DNA of 64,000 nt from Desulfurococcaceae archaeon (GCA_038888155.1 JAWAJB010000004.1:1-64000), one strand, 5' to 3'. Shown: positions 19,465 through 29,929, counted from the stretch's first letter. Program-made: numbers and translations. Notes: generated by a model from the sequence alone, not told the origin.

Positions 19465-19537
19465 ACTAGTTCTAATTATTTCTTGAGAGCTTTTAAAATT
19501 TACTTTCTCCTAATCCAATTGCTGTTAAAATCGCTAC

Positions 19538-19738
19538 TTAAGGCACGTAGTACGGCTTTCCACTTAAGTCCAACAGACCTCTCTCCAGCTTCATTTTAGT
19601 CCTGTATCCAACGTACTTATCAACAGGACTATACCGCGGTGGATGCGGGACGATAAGCTCGCCGCTGCAGTAAGGACACTTCTCTCTTAGGATCACGTAA
19701 CGACTACACTTTTTGCACTTTCTCATCAACCAGTTCAA
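19538..19738 (-). CDS. nop10: H/ACA RNP protein Nop10
   Basis: CKKCSRY..L..KCPYC and PHPPRYSPVDKY. Confidence 0.93.
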   Translation of the reverse strand: MNWLMRKCKKCSRYVILREKCPYCSGELIVPHPPRYSPVDKYVGYRTKMKLERGLLDLSGKPYYVP

Positions 19739-20559
19739 ACCTTTTCACGCTCTGCAATAAATATCAATCCAAGAACTTTAGCTACACTTTCCCCTCTATC
19801 GATAGCATTAGTTGACTGTGTTTCCGCTGTTTTATAATCGCTAGAATATACTTCGAGTATGTACCGAGGCGAGCCCGAAACGTAAAGCTTGTGTTTAACG
19901 CCCTGCGACTCGAGGTAATCGGAAATAGCTCCTAGGCACTTCTTTAATCTCTCGACACCATCTGGGCTTGGAGACTGCAGAATTAATTTATACTTTACTC
20001 TAACTTCTTTGAGCTTAATGTGTCTTGTTGCTTCCTCAATTAATTGTTCAATCCATTCCTCACCTATTCCTGCCTTCCTCAACACGTCTGGTCCTCTGCT
20101 AAGAGCCTCTTCAAGTGCGTACATTACATCCGAGTACTTGTCCTCAAGCCTCCATACAACTTCCCTATAGGCTTCAGCGGTAGTCTTGCCTATCTTATCG
20201 GCCACTGTCTCGATAATCTTACACGCCTTCGAGTACCTCTTCCACCACTGCATCTTTCTTTGCCTATCTGTATCACTAATTCTCTTTAATGACACGTCTA
20301 TTTCCTTCTTTGACCTGTCTACACGAATAACTTTAACAACAACTTTCTGGCCCTCTCTTATAACTTCCTTGATGTCCTTAACCCACTTCGAAGATACTTC
20401 GCTCCACGGCAAGAAGGCCCTGTGGTTAAGGTACTCATCGAGGTTTACATAGGCCCCAAAGTCGTGAATCTCCCTTACTGTAGCTATGACTAACTCTCCT
20501 ATCTCGGGCAACTCCTTTCTCGGAATGACCATGTGTAATCGCCCCAGCTTAGCATTCAT
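19735..20559 (-). CDS. eif2a: Translation initiation factor 2 alpha subunit
   Basis: LPEIGELV, S1 domain GAYVNLDEY and IDVSLKR. The true start is probably the ATG at ~20532. Confidence 0.95.
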   Translation of the reverse strand: MNAKLGRLHMVIPRKELPEIGELVIATVREIHDFGAYVNLDEYLNHRAFLPWSEVSSKWVKDIKEVIREGQKVVVKVIRVDRSKKEIDVSLKRISDTDRQRKMQWWKRYSKACKIIETVADKIGKTTAEAYREVVWRLEDKYSDVMYALEEALSRGPDVLRKAGIGEEWIEQLIEEATRHIKLKEVRVKYKLILQSPSPDGVERLKKCLGAISDYLESQGVKHKLYVSGSPRYILEVYSSDYKTAETQSTNAIDRGESVAKVLGLIFIAEREKV

Positions 20560-22547
20560 AAGAGTTTAAATAACGCCACCATGTAATAAACATCAAATCC
20601 ACCGTAATATAGAGTGTCTATCTTTGTCAATGGAATTATCTCGGCGTGAACCAACTGAAAACCTTCAATTTCGCTCCTAAGTGGCGAGGACTCAGCCATG
20701 TAGTTAAAAACAGCTGAGTAGCCATAGTCTTGAAGTCCCTTTATGCAGAGCTGGGAAATCAGCGTCTCTTTTCCTGTTGAGGTCCAAGTAAGGGCCAATA
20801 ACCTTGGTGAAGTATAAACACCCAATAAACCCTGGAGATAGTCTTCCTTTGTTCTACCAGCAAGCTCTAAGTATAACGGCATGTAGCCGATATCGCCGTA
20901 TGCCTCAAAGACAACTGTTGGGTATTGGCTTGTACCTATGTTCATTAAGATGGGGATCCCTAGGTGGGAATAATTGAGGTAGTATAGGCTGTAAGCAAAG
21001 GAAACTAGCACATACACGTCTTCTACTCCTAAATGAGAGCTAATATTCTTGAGCGTTAAGTACGCAGCTTTCCAAGAGCTAGTCATTACCATTGAATATA
21101 GGCTTTGACTCTGCTTGTTGCTGAATGTAGAGGCGAGATTATAGGCTTTAATGCCTTCACTTGCCAGAATGCCAGCCAATTGAAGACTGTAATCCCACCG
21201 AGAAACTATCAATGCACTGCCTCCGCTCTTACTGGATTTAATTGCTCCCCCAATAGCCTCCTCTAGGCTAAATGGAGCTACACTAAGTGTAAAGGATAAA
21301 TTTCTCTCCTCTCTAAACTTCTCTACCTCTTTCAATAGAGGAGTCATATGCGTATTCACTGGCATCAGACAAGAAGAGAGGGTCATTAACCCTAAAGCTC
21401 CTGCAACAACTGCTACATATAGATTTCGTCTACTGCCTAGCGAAGTAGTATATCCCTTAATAAGCTCCTCGAAATTGCGTAGAAAAATTCCTGAAGCCAA
21501 AGCCGCATACACTAGGGCCAGCGGCAACGTAGTTCTGCTGAACGCGCTTAGAGGGATGAGGAAAAGCGTACAAACAGCGACGTATTTGTCCTGCAATTTA
21601 GATGGGCTTCTAAGCGCGAGCACTATTCCTGGTAACGCGAGAAGCCCCGGCGCCCCATAGAGCGTTACGGGATTCTGCTTAAATTCAACATATTCTGCAT
21701 AGCTAGTGCCCGAGGCATACGAAAGTACTCCTAATAATGGAAAAGTCGAGTAGATCATGAGTGTCTGTATTAACCTGTAAGGTAGAGATGCCCGAACGTT
21801 TAGACGCCCTATAGCAATACTAACTAGCAACATGCCAACAGATACGCTCAGCGCTGGCAGAGTATAAACAGCGTAGCCACTTAAGCCAAAAGCTAAAATT
21901 GCTGTAGATAGTAAAAGCGCCATAGCAGCTAATGTGATTTTTTCGATAAGTGAGTCCTTCTGCAATATGAACTTAACACTAAAATCAATGCTATACAAGA
22001 GCAGTAATATAGGTGCTACGGGGTGCAACACAAAAACGGAATAAAGTGCAAGCAAAACAATTCTAGCGATATCTATTTTTTGATTTTCGAAAACGTGAAT
22101 TAAAAGCAAGGAGGGAACTATTAGTAATTGTGTTGAGAAAACAAGGCCAAGTTGGTCTAAACTAGATGGAGCTAACATTACTGGCGAAGTTGCGTAAATT
22201 AAAGATACCATAGCCCCTACAATGCGCGATCCGAGCAATCTGCTCGAAATACCGTATATGAAAGGCAGTGTTAAAAATTGAATGACTACTAGAGCGTAGT
22301 TAGGTATCCTTGAAAGTGCCCATATGTACAGGAAGATAGAGCTACAGGGGCCCATGTAGCTAACAAGTGCACATAATTCTTGGTAACTATTGGCGTGCCT
22401 AGCTAACTCTATGGCGAGGTTGCTCTTGCTTAAAGAGCTGTTCATAGTAAAGCTGAAGAGAATGATAACTGCTGCACTAAAGGCGACGTACGCTATGAAT
22501 TTCTCCACGTTTTTGTTGTTCAGCATGATGCTACACCATTCAGTCAC
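20556..22547 (-). CDS. Polytopic membrane protein, degenerate STT3/AglB-like (GT-C)
   Basis: Many TM helices followed by a soluble domain containing IVSRWDYSL (cf. WWDYG) and VYVLV. Confidence 0.55.
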   Translation of the reverse strand: MTEWCSIMLNNKNVEKFIAYVAFSAAVIILFSFTMNSSLSKSNLAIELARHANSYQELCALVSYMGPCSSIFLYIWALSRIPNYALVVIQFLTLPFIYGISSRLLGSRIVGAMVSLIYATSPVMLAPSSLDQLGLVFSTQLLIVPSLLLIHVFENQKIDIARIVLLALYSVFVLHPVAPILLLLYSIDFSVKFILQKDSLIEKITLAAMALLLSTAILAFGLSGYAVYTLPALSVSVGMLLVSIAIGRLNVRASLPYRLIQTLMIYSTFPLLGVLSYASGTSYAEYVEFKQNPVTLYGAPGLLALPGIVLALRSPSKLQDKYVAVCTLFLIPLSAFSRTTLPLALVYAALASGIFLRNFEELIKGYTTSLGSRRNLYVAVVAGALGLMTLSSCLMPVNTHMTPLLKEVEKFREERNLSFTLSVAPFSLEEAIGGAIKSSKSGGSALIVSRWDYSLQLAGILASEGIKAYNLASTFSNKQSQSLYSMVMTSSWKAAYLTLKNISSHLGVEDVYVLVSFAYSLYYLNYSHLGIPILMNIGTSQYPTVVFEAYGDIGYMPLYLELAGRTKEDYLQGLLGVYTSPRLLALTWTSTGKETLISQLCIKGLQDYGYSAVFNYMAESSPLRSEIEGFQLVHAEIIPLTKIDTLYYGGFDVYYMVALFKLL

Positions 22548-22604
22548 TAACTTTAAAATTTAATCGTTTATTTATATTATGTAAATTAATGCGGCAAATA
22601 CTAG

Positions 22605-22958
22605 GTGCCTATATTGAGGAAGAGGAAATACGGACTTTTAATGGATCTCTTCGAGTACGAGAAGATCTTAGAGCTCCTCTCTCGAATTTTAATGGTGATT
22701 GGAATTATGATGTATGTTGCCACTACGAGTTGGTTGGGAGGACTGAGCTATTCTAACATCAATATGGGTAAATTCACACTTTATACACTAACGTGCGTAA
22801 TTGCCGCAACAATGAGTTATTACGCCTCAAGGGGGTTAAGAAGTCCTGCTCAATACAAGAGATCGGCTCGTCGCGCAAACGTGAATCAATCTCTTTATAG
22901 CCTTCTCGTAGTGCTAATAATTATCTCTATTGTCTACTCCATAATGTGCTTTTACTAG
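22605..22958 (+). CDS. Small membrane protein (3 TM)
   Basis: Three hydrophobic segments; fills the gap between the gins gene and the membrane-protein gene. Confidence 0.55.
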   Translation: MPILRKRKYGLLMDLFEYEKILELLSRILMVIGIMMYVATTSWLGGLSYSNINMGKFTLYTLTCVIAATMSYYASRGLRSPAQYKRSARRANVNQSLYSLLVVLIIISIVYSIMCFY

Positions 22959-23466
22959 GCCCGCTTACTATTTCCCTTTCCCAGTGACTGAAAAGTGGAT
23001 CCTTGAGGACCTCCCCGCACATATTTACTTCGGCAATTACTAGCTTGCGGGGCTCTAGTAGTGATACCTCTCCTCTTCTATAAAGCTTCCCTTGAATATC
23101 GCAGTTGCTATTAAATCTATAGACTATTTTATTGCTGTATCTAATCACAACTGGTGACAGTAGCATTTCTTCAACTTTTAAAACTGCAAGTATGAACTTA
23201 GCTATCTCGTAATCGATAGAGCTCGCGTCTGCTGTCTCCTGGAGAACAATTTTCATGGCTCTAACCTTAGCGAGTAGCTCGGAGTCTCCCTCTACTCTTT
23301 TTAGGAGTTGATAGAGCACTTCTTTTCCTAGACCGTCGAGAAAGTAGGATTTTACGAGGGATCTCCTGAGAGTCTGCAGAATGGTGGAAATCCTCTGCGC
23401 GGGCAAGGAGCCGGGAGCGCTTGTTCTAAGCTCCTCTCTTACAAGTTTTAAGTAATGATCACTCAA
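22927..23466 (-). CDS. GINS subunit (Gins15/Gins51-like)
   Basis: Lies directly after priS. Helical A-domain (EEL...L...R..KI) followed by a beta B-domain (YRRGEVSLL). Confidence 0.7.
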   Translation of the reverse strand: MSDHYLKLVREELRTSAPGSLPAQRISTILQTLRRSLVKSYFLDGLGKEVLYQLLKRVEGDSELLAKVRAMKIVLQETADASSIDYEIAKFILAVLKVEEMLLSPVVIRYSNKIVYRFNSNCDIQGKLYRRGEVSLLEPRKLVIAEVNMCGEVLKDPLFSHWEREIVSGPSKSTLWSRQ

Positions 23467-23468
23467 GT

Positions 23469-24599
23469 TTACACACCCAGCTCGCTCAATTCTATTGGTA
23501 CTACAAAGTCCTTAATTAGTAAGAATAACCCTATAGGCGCACTCAATTTATAGATGTCGCCTTTAACTAAGCTCAAATGAGCTCCAAGTACATCGAGCTT
23601 GCCTGTCACCTTGGATCTAACTTTAATCTTACCCCTAAAGGGAGAGAAATGTTCGTAGCTGAGGTCTCTCACATCTTTGTTGAGGCTCATCTCGGTGACT
23701 CTTAAGCCCGCCTTCATATTAAGGCTCCCCCCAAACCTAGATAGCCTTGAAGTGTCCATGGTTACGACTTTATCGATGTTAATGCATATCTCTTTGAGGA
23801 TGCTCTCAACATCATTTAAATCAACTACCCTAATGTTTTTAAGACCCGTAATGCTCTGAACCTTAACTAGTCCTCTCCCTTCGGCAACGCCTAGCACCCT
23901 TTTCCTTAAACCGTACTCGAGTACGCTAAATACAGTTTTATTCCTGTGGCTTGGGAAAACCCTTCTCATATCTAGTCCATCGCAGGACAAGTAATCAGCT
24001 ATAATTCTTCTAGCCTCTCTATTTAGATGGAGGATCTCAGGGTCTATCACTTTGACGTGAAAGCCCCTATTACCTGAGAAGTAAACTTTGATTCTCCTGT
24101 AGCCAAAATCCTCTCTTAGTACATCTACTAGCCTTAATGTCTCCCCCCATGCCTTTTCAATGCATAACCACGGTAGCGGTGAATATAGGCTAGGTCTCCC
24201 TCCATCTGGGCAAGTAGAGATTTCGTTAAGCGAGATATCTCCACTGCTAGGACAAACCCAGAATTTTACGTTACAGCCTTCGTACTTGTCAGCGTCTATG
24301 TCAAATATCAGCTCTGAGCCTTCCCAGACTTTGCTCTCCATTCTATTCGCATCGGGCGCGCTGTATATTGCCGATGAGTAATATAAGTGTAATGGGGTTT
24401 TTACTGATGTAATGTAAGTGTATAATGCATCTATATAGGGAAACGCTAGGTGCCTTATGTACACGTTGTCCTCGAGGCTCTCGAGCGCTATCTCTCTTTT
24501 GTGAAGATCGTTAGGCTCTTCTAGGGGCTTCTTCATGTAGTAGCTACGTATGATCCTCTTCAAAACAATTATCCTACTAGTCTGTTCTCGGTGCGACAT
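23469..24599 (-). CDS. priS: DNA primase catalytic (small) subunit
   Basis: REIA, LYYSSAIY, ELIFDIDAD, FSGNRGFH and IDKVVTMDTSRL. Confidence 0.95.
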   Translation of the reverse strand: MSHREQTSRIIVLKRIIRSYYMKKPLEEPNDLHKREIALESLEDNVYIRHLAFPYIDALYTYITSVKTPLHLYYSSAIYSAPDANRMESKVWEGSELIFDIDADKYEGCNVKFWVCPSSGDISLNEISTCPDGGRPSLYSPLPWLCIEKAWGETLRLVDVLREDFGYRRIKVYFSGNRGFHVKVIDPEILHLNREARRIIADYLSCDGLDMRRVFPSHRNKTVFSVLEYGLRKRVLGVAEGRGLVKVQSITGLKNIRVVDLNDVESILKEICINIDKVVTMDTSRLSRFGGSLNMKAGLRVTEMSLNKDVRDLSYEHFSPFRGKIKVRSKVTGKLDVLGAHLSLVKGDIYKLSAPIGLFLLIKDFVVPIELSELGV

Positions 24600-25323
24600 A
24601 GAATTGAAGCATGCCTCCCTGGGGTAATTCGTAAGCAACGTGGAGGGGGGTCTCAACTCCAAATCCTATCGTCAATACCTCAGCAACCTGAGAAGCTGCA
24701 GCTATGTCCACCAAATAGCCTACGGTATACTTTGACTTCGCCTCACTTGTTGACTCATATTCTATTAATGCCCCAGATGATGCGCTGAGAGCTACCTCTG
24801 CTTCAGCTATCTCCCCTCTAGCGTGAACGTAGAGAGTATCAGAGTCCTCGGGGGCATAAAATTCCACCGAGTCGCTTATGGGCTCTAGCTCGCGAACTAC
24901 GTCCTTAAACAACCTCGGTAGAGTTTTACACTTAAAAGTTTCCTCGAAACTTATCTCTGGCACCTCGTGATACGATAGATCAATACTTGGAAGTATGAAC
25001 CTTCTAGAACCCTTTCCCTCGAGGAGTATTCCAAGTCTACCATCTGGGAGAATCTCTAGCAAAAGCTCATCTCCCCGTTTAGCTCGTCTCAGAATCCTCG
25101 AAAAATCCTCCATATTCATGCCTACAATCACTTCGCCCTGGACGTTGTACTCCTGAAAAACTTCCCTTGGAATAAAGAAGTCAACTAGTGCGACCCCCGA
25201 AGGGTCCATTGCCCTTAATTTAATTCCTTCATCAGAGACTTTAAATCCGGCTTCTTCTACTATTTTTGATACTGATATTATTGTATACTTCCATGTGACA
25301 GCATCCTTGAACCTAAACTTCAA
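24577..25323 (-). CDS. pcn: PCNA sliding clamp
   Basis: LRAMDPSGVALVD, C-terminal FYVAPR; 248 aa. Confidence 0.96.
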   Translation of the reverse strand: MKFRFKDAVTWKYTIISVSKIVEEAGFKVSDEGIKLRAMDPSGVALVDFFIPREVFQEYNVQGEVIVGMNMEDFSRILRRAKRGDELLLEILPDGRLGILLEGKGSRRFILPSIDLSYHEVPEISFEETFKCKTLPRLFKDVVRELEPISDSVEFYAPEDSDTLYVHARGEIAEAEVALSASSGALIEYESTSEAKSKYTVGYLVDIAAASQVAEVLTIGFGVETPLHVAYELPQGGMLQFYVAPRTD

Positions 25324-25380
25324 CGTTTACACCTCTGTTATATATCCAAAGACATTTATTAAAAGTCTAATTTGTTGCTC

Positions 25381-25722
25381 TTACTCATACTCTCTCCAAA
25401 CATAGCCGCAGTTAGTACACTTGTAAAACCTGGTTGAAGGCTCGTCTGCTGCCCTAGTCTGCACTACCCAATAATATGCCTCGTGAGATCCGCATTTCTT
25501 ACACGTTACATCTCTTGTAATGGGGAGGTTTGAAGCATTTAATCCGCTCTCAACAACTATTGTCTTCTCCTTAACGCTGTGCTCTATTTTGGATGATACC
25601 TTAATCTTTGCGTCTTCAGATGCCTCTGCTTTATACCCGCACCTGCTACACACAAGCAGGCTTTTCCCGTCTCCCTTAAAAGGCTTCAATAATCCTCCGC
25701 ATCTGGGACAAAATTTAACCAT
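25381..25722 (-). CDS. tfs: Transcript cleavage factor TFS
   Basis: FCPRCG...CSRCGY and QTRAADEPSTRFYKCTNCG. Confidence 0.95.
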   Translation of the reverse strand: MVKFCPRCGGLLKPFKGDGKSLLVCSRCGYKAEASEDAKIKVSSKIEHSVKEKTIVVESGLNASNLPITRDVTCKKCGSHEAYYWVVQTRAADEPSTRFYKCTNCGYVWREYE

Positions 25723-25724
25723 AG

Positions 25725-26099
25725 CTACATCACCACGTTAAAGCATTTTTCACTTTGCTCTACTAGGAGTTCTATGCCTAGGGGATTTATTAGTCCTCTC
25801 CTATTCAAAATGCACAATATTAAATTGATTAACTGGCAATACTTTCGCCTTTGAGCTAGCTCTACCCATCCCTCAAACACTTTGAATCCCTGAACACTAG
25901 AATTATACTTGTTCTCTGTACAGGGGATAACGTAGGAGATTTCATTGTAAGTGTTCAACTTACTTCTCAGGTACCTACTGAGATTTGTTGCCGGTACTTG
26001 AACAACATTAAATTCTTCTAAGAAATCCTTCCTATAAGTTGCAAACACTCCGTAATAATCGCTTAAACCGTAGGCAAGAATCCTTGACTCTTCCTTCAT
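25725..26099 (-). CDS. Hypothetical protein between rpoL and tfs
   Basis: ORF tightly coupled to both neighbours. Confidence 0.6.
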   Translation of the reverse strand: MKEESRILAYGLSDYYGVFATYRKDFLEEFNVVQVPATNLSRYLRSKLNTYNEISYVIPCTENKYNSSVQGFKVFEGWVELAQRRKYCQLINLILCILNRRGLINPLGIELLVEQSEKCFNVVM

Positions 26100-26392
26100 T
26101 AACTACGACCTAATGACTCTTCAATTGCTTTTTTAAAGCCACCTATTTCTTCTCTAAGCCTGTTGATTACTTCAAGTAGAGTTTTTGATAGATCTTCCCC
26201 ATCTTTCACAACAATAGTAAACTCCAACGTGCTCTTAAGTGGGTGGGGTATTCTATAAGAAGCATACTCGACGCTGGGATGCATTAGCGCCTCCTTCATT
26301 AACATGTTCCCCAGCGTATGGTCCTCTCCCTCAATCTCAACCACTAGTTCTCTTTTACTCTTGGAGATAACTCTAATGTTCATAGCAAACAA
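26099..26392 (-). CDS. rpoL: RNA polymerase subunit L (Rpo11)
   Basis: GEDHTLGN and ASYRIPHPL. Confidence 0.95.
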   Translation of the reverse strand: MFAMNIRVISKSKRELVVEIEGEDHTLGNMLMKEALMHPSVEYASYRIPHPLKSTLEFTIVVKDGEDLSKTLLEVINRLREEIGGFKKAIEESLGRS

Positions 26393-26406
26393 CTCATCAA
26401 ATCAAG

Positions 26407-27036
26407 CTACATATTTGAAGGGACTTTTATGCTCTTCAGCGCGAAGTCTAGTGCTGCTCTCCAGTCCAATTTAAGGCTATACCCTCCCCTATCTCCAGGC
26501 TTTAACACCCCCGTATTTAGAGAGATCGACACTACTTCCTCAAGCGTCTTCGCAGATATAATACAACAGGCAATAAGGTAATATCGGGTCGACGTGGTCT
26601 CCGCTAACTTCATTGCTTTACTGTTAAGCTCATAGATTTTTTGTATTAGTTCCAAGACTTCCTCAATACTAGCGTTTGTCATAATAGTGTTCTCATCGCT
26701 TAAGAACACGGCAGAGTACTTATTTCTCTTTAGCACTTCAACGAGAAGCTTAGGCGGAAAGGTTTTGCGAGACATCTTGACTAGTAGCTCTACATTGTAC
26801 TTGTATAGACCAGATTTGCTCGTTAGCTCTTTAATAGATGCAATGAGGCTCTTTACTTGAACCCACAAGCTCTTTACATCTGTTTCATATCCATATACCT
26901 CAAATAAAATGCCCTTACTTGTGATCTTCATCCCTACAGACATAACAGACTGCATGTAATCCTTTAAGAGCTCATAGATCTTGATGCACTCATCTCCTTT
27001 ACATGGAACATAGAACCTTCTCTTGACAAGAGGCAA
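26407..27036 (-). CDS. Conserved archaeal protein (DUF2067-like)
   Basis: Typical position between csl4 and rpoL, with appropriate size. Confidence 0.6.
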   Translation of the reverse strand: MPLVKRRFYVPCKGDECIKIYELLKDYMQSVMSVGMKITSKGILFEVYGYETDVKSLWVQVKSLIASIKELTSKSGLYKYNVELLVKMSRKTFPPKLLVEVLKRNKYSAVFLSDENTIMTNASIEEVLELIQKIYELNSKAMKLAETTSTRYYLIACCIISAKTLEEVVSISLNTGVLKPGDRGGYSLKLDWRAALDFALKSIKVPSNM

Positions 27037-27040
27037 GTAC

Positions 27041-27598
27041 TCACCTCATTACAAGTACGTAACCAACTGCAAGCTTTCTTTTTTCGTGGTTGCCGCAGTT
27101 TCTGCATACCAGTATACCTTGCTTAGATAAGTAGAGCGGGTAGCCACAGGAACTGCAGCTAGCAAATATTACGCCAGCTGAGGGCTCCTTTGTTGACAGA
27201 ATATATGGGGGCGTAGAGTTTAGCAGACGGGCCTTCAGTACGTCACTCGGCCTAATAAATCCATATATATCGGGGACGTACTCGTTTGATATTTGGGAAA
27301 TATGGAGCAAACCAATCGCATCCACTTTGCTCCCGCCTGAACTGTATATTCTCACCAACGCATTGTCCTCTGATACAGAGACTACTACGCCTTCAACGAG
27401 GGAGTTGTGTCTCAGTAAAAGTTCTCTCCTATTGAATGGCTTTACGTAAGCAGTTTTCCTGTATTTATCGACTACTGCGACTCCAGCAGTCAAAGCCCTT
27501 ATGAACCCTGCCCTGTCAACGTAAACCCCGTGTAGGGGTATTGCTTCTTCCTCTACTCCTATTATGTCACCGGGCACAACGAAACTCACTTGTCTCAC
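27041..27598 (-). CDS. csl4: Exosome RNA-binding subunit Csl4
   Basis: VVPGD, S1 domain LHISQI, Zn ribbon CSSCG...CRNCG..EKRK. Confidence 0.92.
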   Translation of the reverse strand: MRQVSFVVPGDIIGVEEEAIPLHGVYVDRAGFIRALTAGVAVVDKYRKTAYVKPFNRRELLLRHNSLVEGVVVSVSEDNALVRIYSSGGSKVDAIGLLHISQISNEYVPDIYGFIRPSDVLKARLLNSTPPYILSTKEPSAGVIFASCSSCGYPLYLSKQGILVCRNCGNHEKRKLAVGYVLVMR

Positions 27599-28254
27599 CT
27601 CCTCTTCATAAAAGACACAAGTAGCGTTTTAACTCTATATACTTTCCTCCTGTGCTCCCTGTATATCATTGGTATTTCGAGGTCCAGTGCCTCGAGCCAT
27701 GATACTTCAAACCCAAAGAGCTGTGCTATTTCCCTTAGGATAGAAACGAGTTCCTCGGATTGCTTATGGATGCTATATACCCTCTGAGCAACTTTCATAG
27801 CACCCTCGACGAACTTGAGGTCCATTCCTCTATTTCCTTTTAGCACTCCAAAGGGTGGGTTCATTACGACTACATCAACGCTTTCTAGGTCCAAGTAGGT
27901 TGCGTCGGCAAGCACGAAAATCAAAGTGCTGGCAAGGTGATTGTAGTTCTCGTAAACGAACTTTGTAGCGTATTGCAGTATATCCTCGTCTATTTCAATG
28001 CAAATAGCTCTCACAGCGTCAACCAGTAATGACGCTACAGCTAACCTGCCGTCCCCACAACCATAATCAGCAACAGTGGCGCCATCTAAATCGCCCCTCA
28101 TCGAAGCAAGCCATACAATATGGGCTACAGCAGATACTGAGGTGGGGTATTGCTCTAGCCTCCTCTTATAGGGTCTCTGCGACCAGTTTCTTGAGTATGG
28201 AGTAAGCGATTTTTCTAGTTCTGCTTTACTGCTAATTCGCGTACCTCTCACCAC
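27595..28254 (-). CDS. METTL5-like RNA methyltransferase
   Basis: LEQYPT, DYGCGDG and MNPPFG. Confidence 0.88.
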   Translation of the reverse strand: MVRGTRISSKAELEKSLTPYSRNWSQRPYKRRLEQYPTSVSAVAHIVWLASMRGDLDGATVADYGCGDGRLAVASLLVDAVRAICIEIDEDILQYATKFVYENYNHLASTLIFVLADATYLDLESVDVVVMNPPFGVLKGNRGMDLKFVEGAMKVAQRVYSIHKQSEELVSILREIAQLFGFEVSWLEALDLEIPMIYREHRRKVYRVKTLLVSFMKRR

Positions 28255-29261
28255 GGGTATATGTATTTTACACTATCGGTAAGAATCATCAAGAACTCGC
28301 CGGGCGTTAAGACCGGTTTATGGAAATCGGCTAAGTCATCTATAGGTAGCCTAGGACAACTAGTAACCACGTAAAAGTCTAAGCCCAGCGCAGCGTCTAT
28401 TGCATACAGCCTTTCAAGTGTTAAGTAGTTAGAGGATATGTGGAATACACTAAAACCGTGTGAATTAGCAGCTTCGACGAGCCGTTTAATTAGCTCAAAT
28501 CTATACTGCCCGGGCCTTGTGCCCGCTATCAGCCCAACCCTACCTTTTACCGCTTCTCTAGCTTTAAGTAACAAATAGTATCTTTTTCTAAGCACCTTTT
28601 CTGATTCCTTGTTGACTCGCCAAACTCTCCCCATGTAGGGATCGAGGGCAACAACAGGCTTAGATACAAGTAGGCCCAAACCAATTGGGTGAAATAACCC
28701 ACCAGCGACGATTACATGAATATCGGCCTCCATTGAGACAACGTGACTGTATAAGCACCCTAAAACGGGCTTCTCAGCCTCGAATACTGAAAATCCTTTA
28801 TCTTCAAGGTAAGCAACTACTTTTTTCCTCGCATATAGCTCTATCGGCGTAGACGATACAACTACAGTTGCTCCATTAAGGCTCCGAAGAATTTCGTGAA
28901 GTTGAAGTAGTGCCTGATTGCTAACTTCGCCAACGTAGTACACAGGTACATATACAACTTTGCTCGCCACTGTGCTCCTTAAATTGGGCGAGTACTCTTC
29001 GTGCCCTAAGTGAAGGATCAAATCTACCCCAAGAGTTGTCGCTTCTTCAAGTGGGATATCGCAAGCGCCATAGCCAGGATTTAATGAGTAATATATGTTG
29101 CTATAGCCGTGTAAACTGAGCTGGTCGGCAAGACACGGGTATAGGTGTTTTAGTCCATCGGGGGCATGCAACATTATTGATTTTGCTCCGCTATATCTAA
29201 GTTGTTCCTTAATCAATCCTAGGGGGATTTCATACCCATTACATGAAATATTTACAGCCAA
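28248..29261 (-). CDS. dph2: Diphthamide biosynthesis enzyme Dph2
   Basis: YGACD, HLGH, VLGC, GGLFH, CPRLPIDD and PVLTPGE. Confidence 0.93.
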   Translation of the reverse strand: MAVNISCNGYEIPLGLIKEQLRYSGAKSIMLHAPDGLKHLYPCLADQLSLHGYSNIYYSLNPGYGACDIPLEEATTLGVDLILHLGHEEYSPNLRSTVASKVVYVPVYYVGEVSNQALLQLHEILRSLNGATVVVSSTPIELYARKKVVAYLEDKGFSVFEAEKPVLGCLYSHVVSMEADIHVIVAGGLFHPIGLGLLVSKPVVALDPYMGRVWRVNKESEKVLRKRYYLLLKAREAVKGRVGLIAGTRPGQYRFELIKRLVEAANSHGFSVFHISSNYLTLERLYAIDAALGLDFYVVTSCPRLPIDDLADFHKPVLTPGEFLMILTDSVKYIYPW

Positions 29262-29277
29262 AGAAAAATTCTCCTTT

Positions 29278-29805
29278 CTAAGCAGCTGGGGGGAGACCTG
29301 ACTTCAACGGCTTTATGGCTATTTTTGTTGGCAAAGGCAGTTTATAGGATGCTATTTTAAGCGCCTCCTTAGCTACTGGTAGATGTTCCTTTAGCACCTT
29401 TACTACAATAATCTCCTGGCCAGGGTAAACCCTAGCTGCGGTACCCACAGGTTTACCGAATGAAAGCCTCATGCCCTCCTGCAAGCGGTCGGCTCCAGCA
29501 AATGCAAGCATTTTATTTTCACGTATCACGTGGTGGGGATATACCTTCACCTTTATGAAGAATTCGTTTTCGCCGGCTTTAACTGTCAACCTCTTCAAAG
29601 CTAAAAGACGTGCGGCCTCGAGGGCGTTATGCCTTATCTGTCCAGCCTCTTTGACAACTAAAGCAACTTCGTAATCGTAGTCCTTGTGCAAGTCTCCCAT
29701 TTCAAACTTTGATATCTTCGGTGGTGGAACGCCTGGAATATACTCTTTTCTAGTATATGGCGGACCGCTGAAATGTGTGTAGCATCTGGCCGGTCTTAAA
29801 GGCAT
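29278..29805 (-). CDS. rpl10e: 50S ribosomal protein L10e (uL16)
   Basis: RPARCY, ALEAAR and [22 protein letters not shown]. Confidence 0.97.
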   Translation of the reverse strand: MPLRPARCYTHFSGPPYTRKEYIPGVPPPKISKFEMGDLHKDYDYEVALVVKEAGQIRHNALEAARLLALKRLTVKAGENEFFIKVKVYPHHVIRENKMLAFAGADRLQEGMRLSFGKPVGTAARVYPGQEIIVVKVLKEHLPVAKEALKIASYKLPLPTKIAIKPLKSGLPPAA

Positions 29806-29929
29806 ATAATCACCCCATGTGTCTATTCCTTATAGCTATTAAAAACCTTAAATAGTTTAAGAGATGCGATCAAATAAATTACATGTAGTAAAGTTATTTA
29901 TAGGCACTGTAAAAGTAAGTATTCAATGG

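Noticed and set aside
19408-19599. 63-aa ORF on the + strand
   Set aside because: It is antisense to the split tRNA 5' half and the nop10 3' end.
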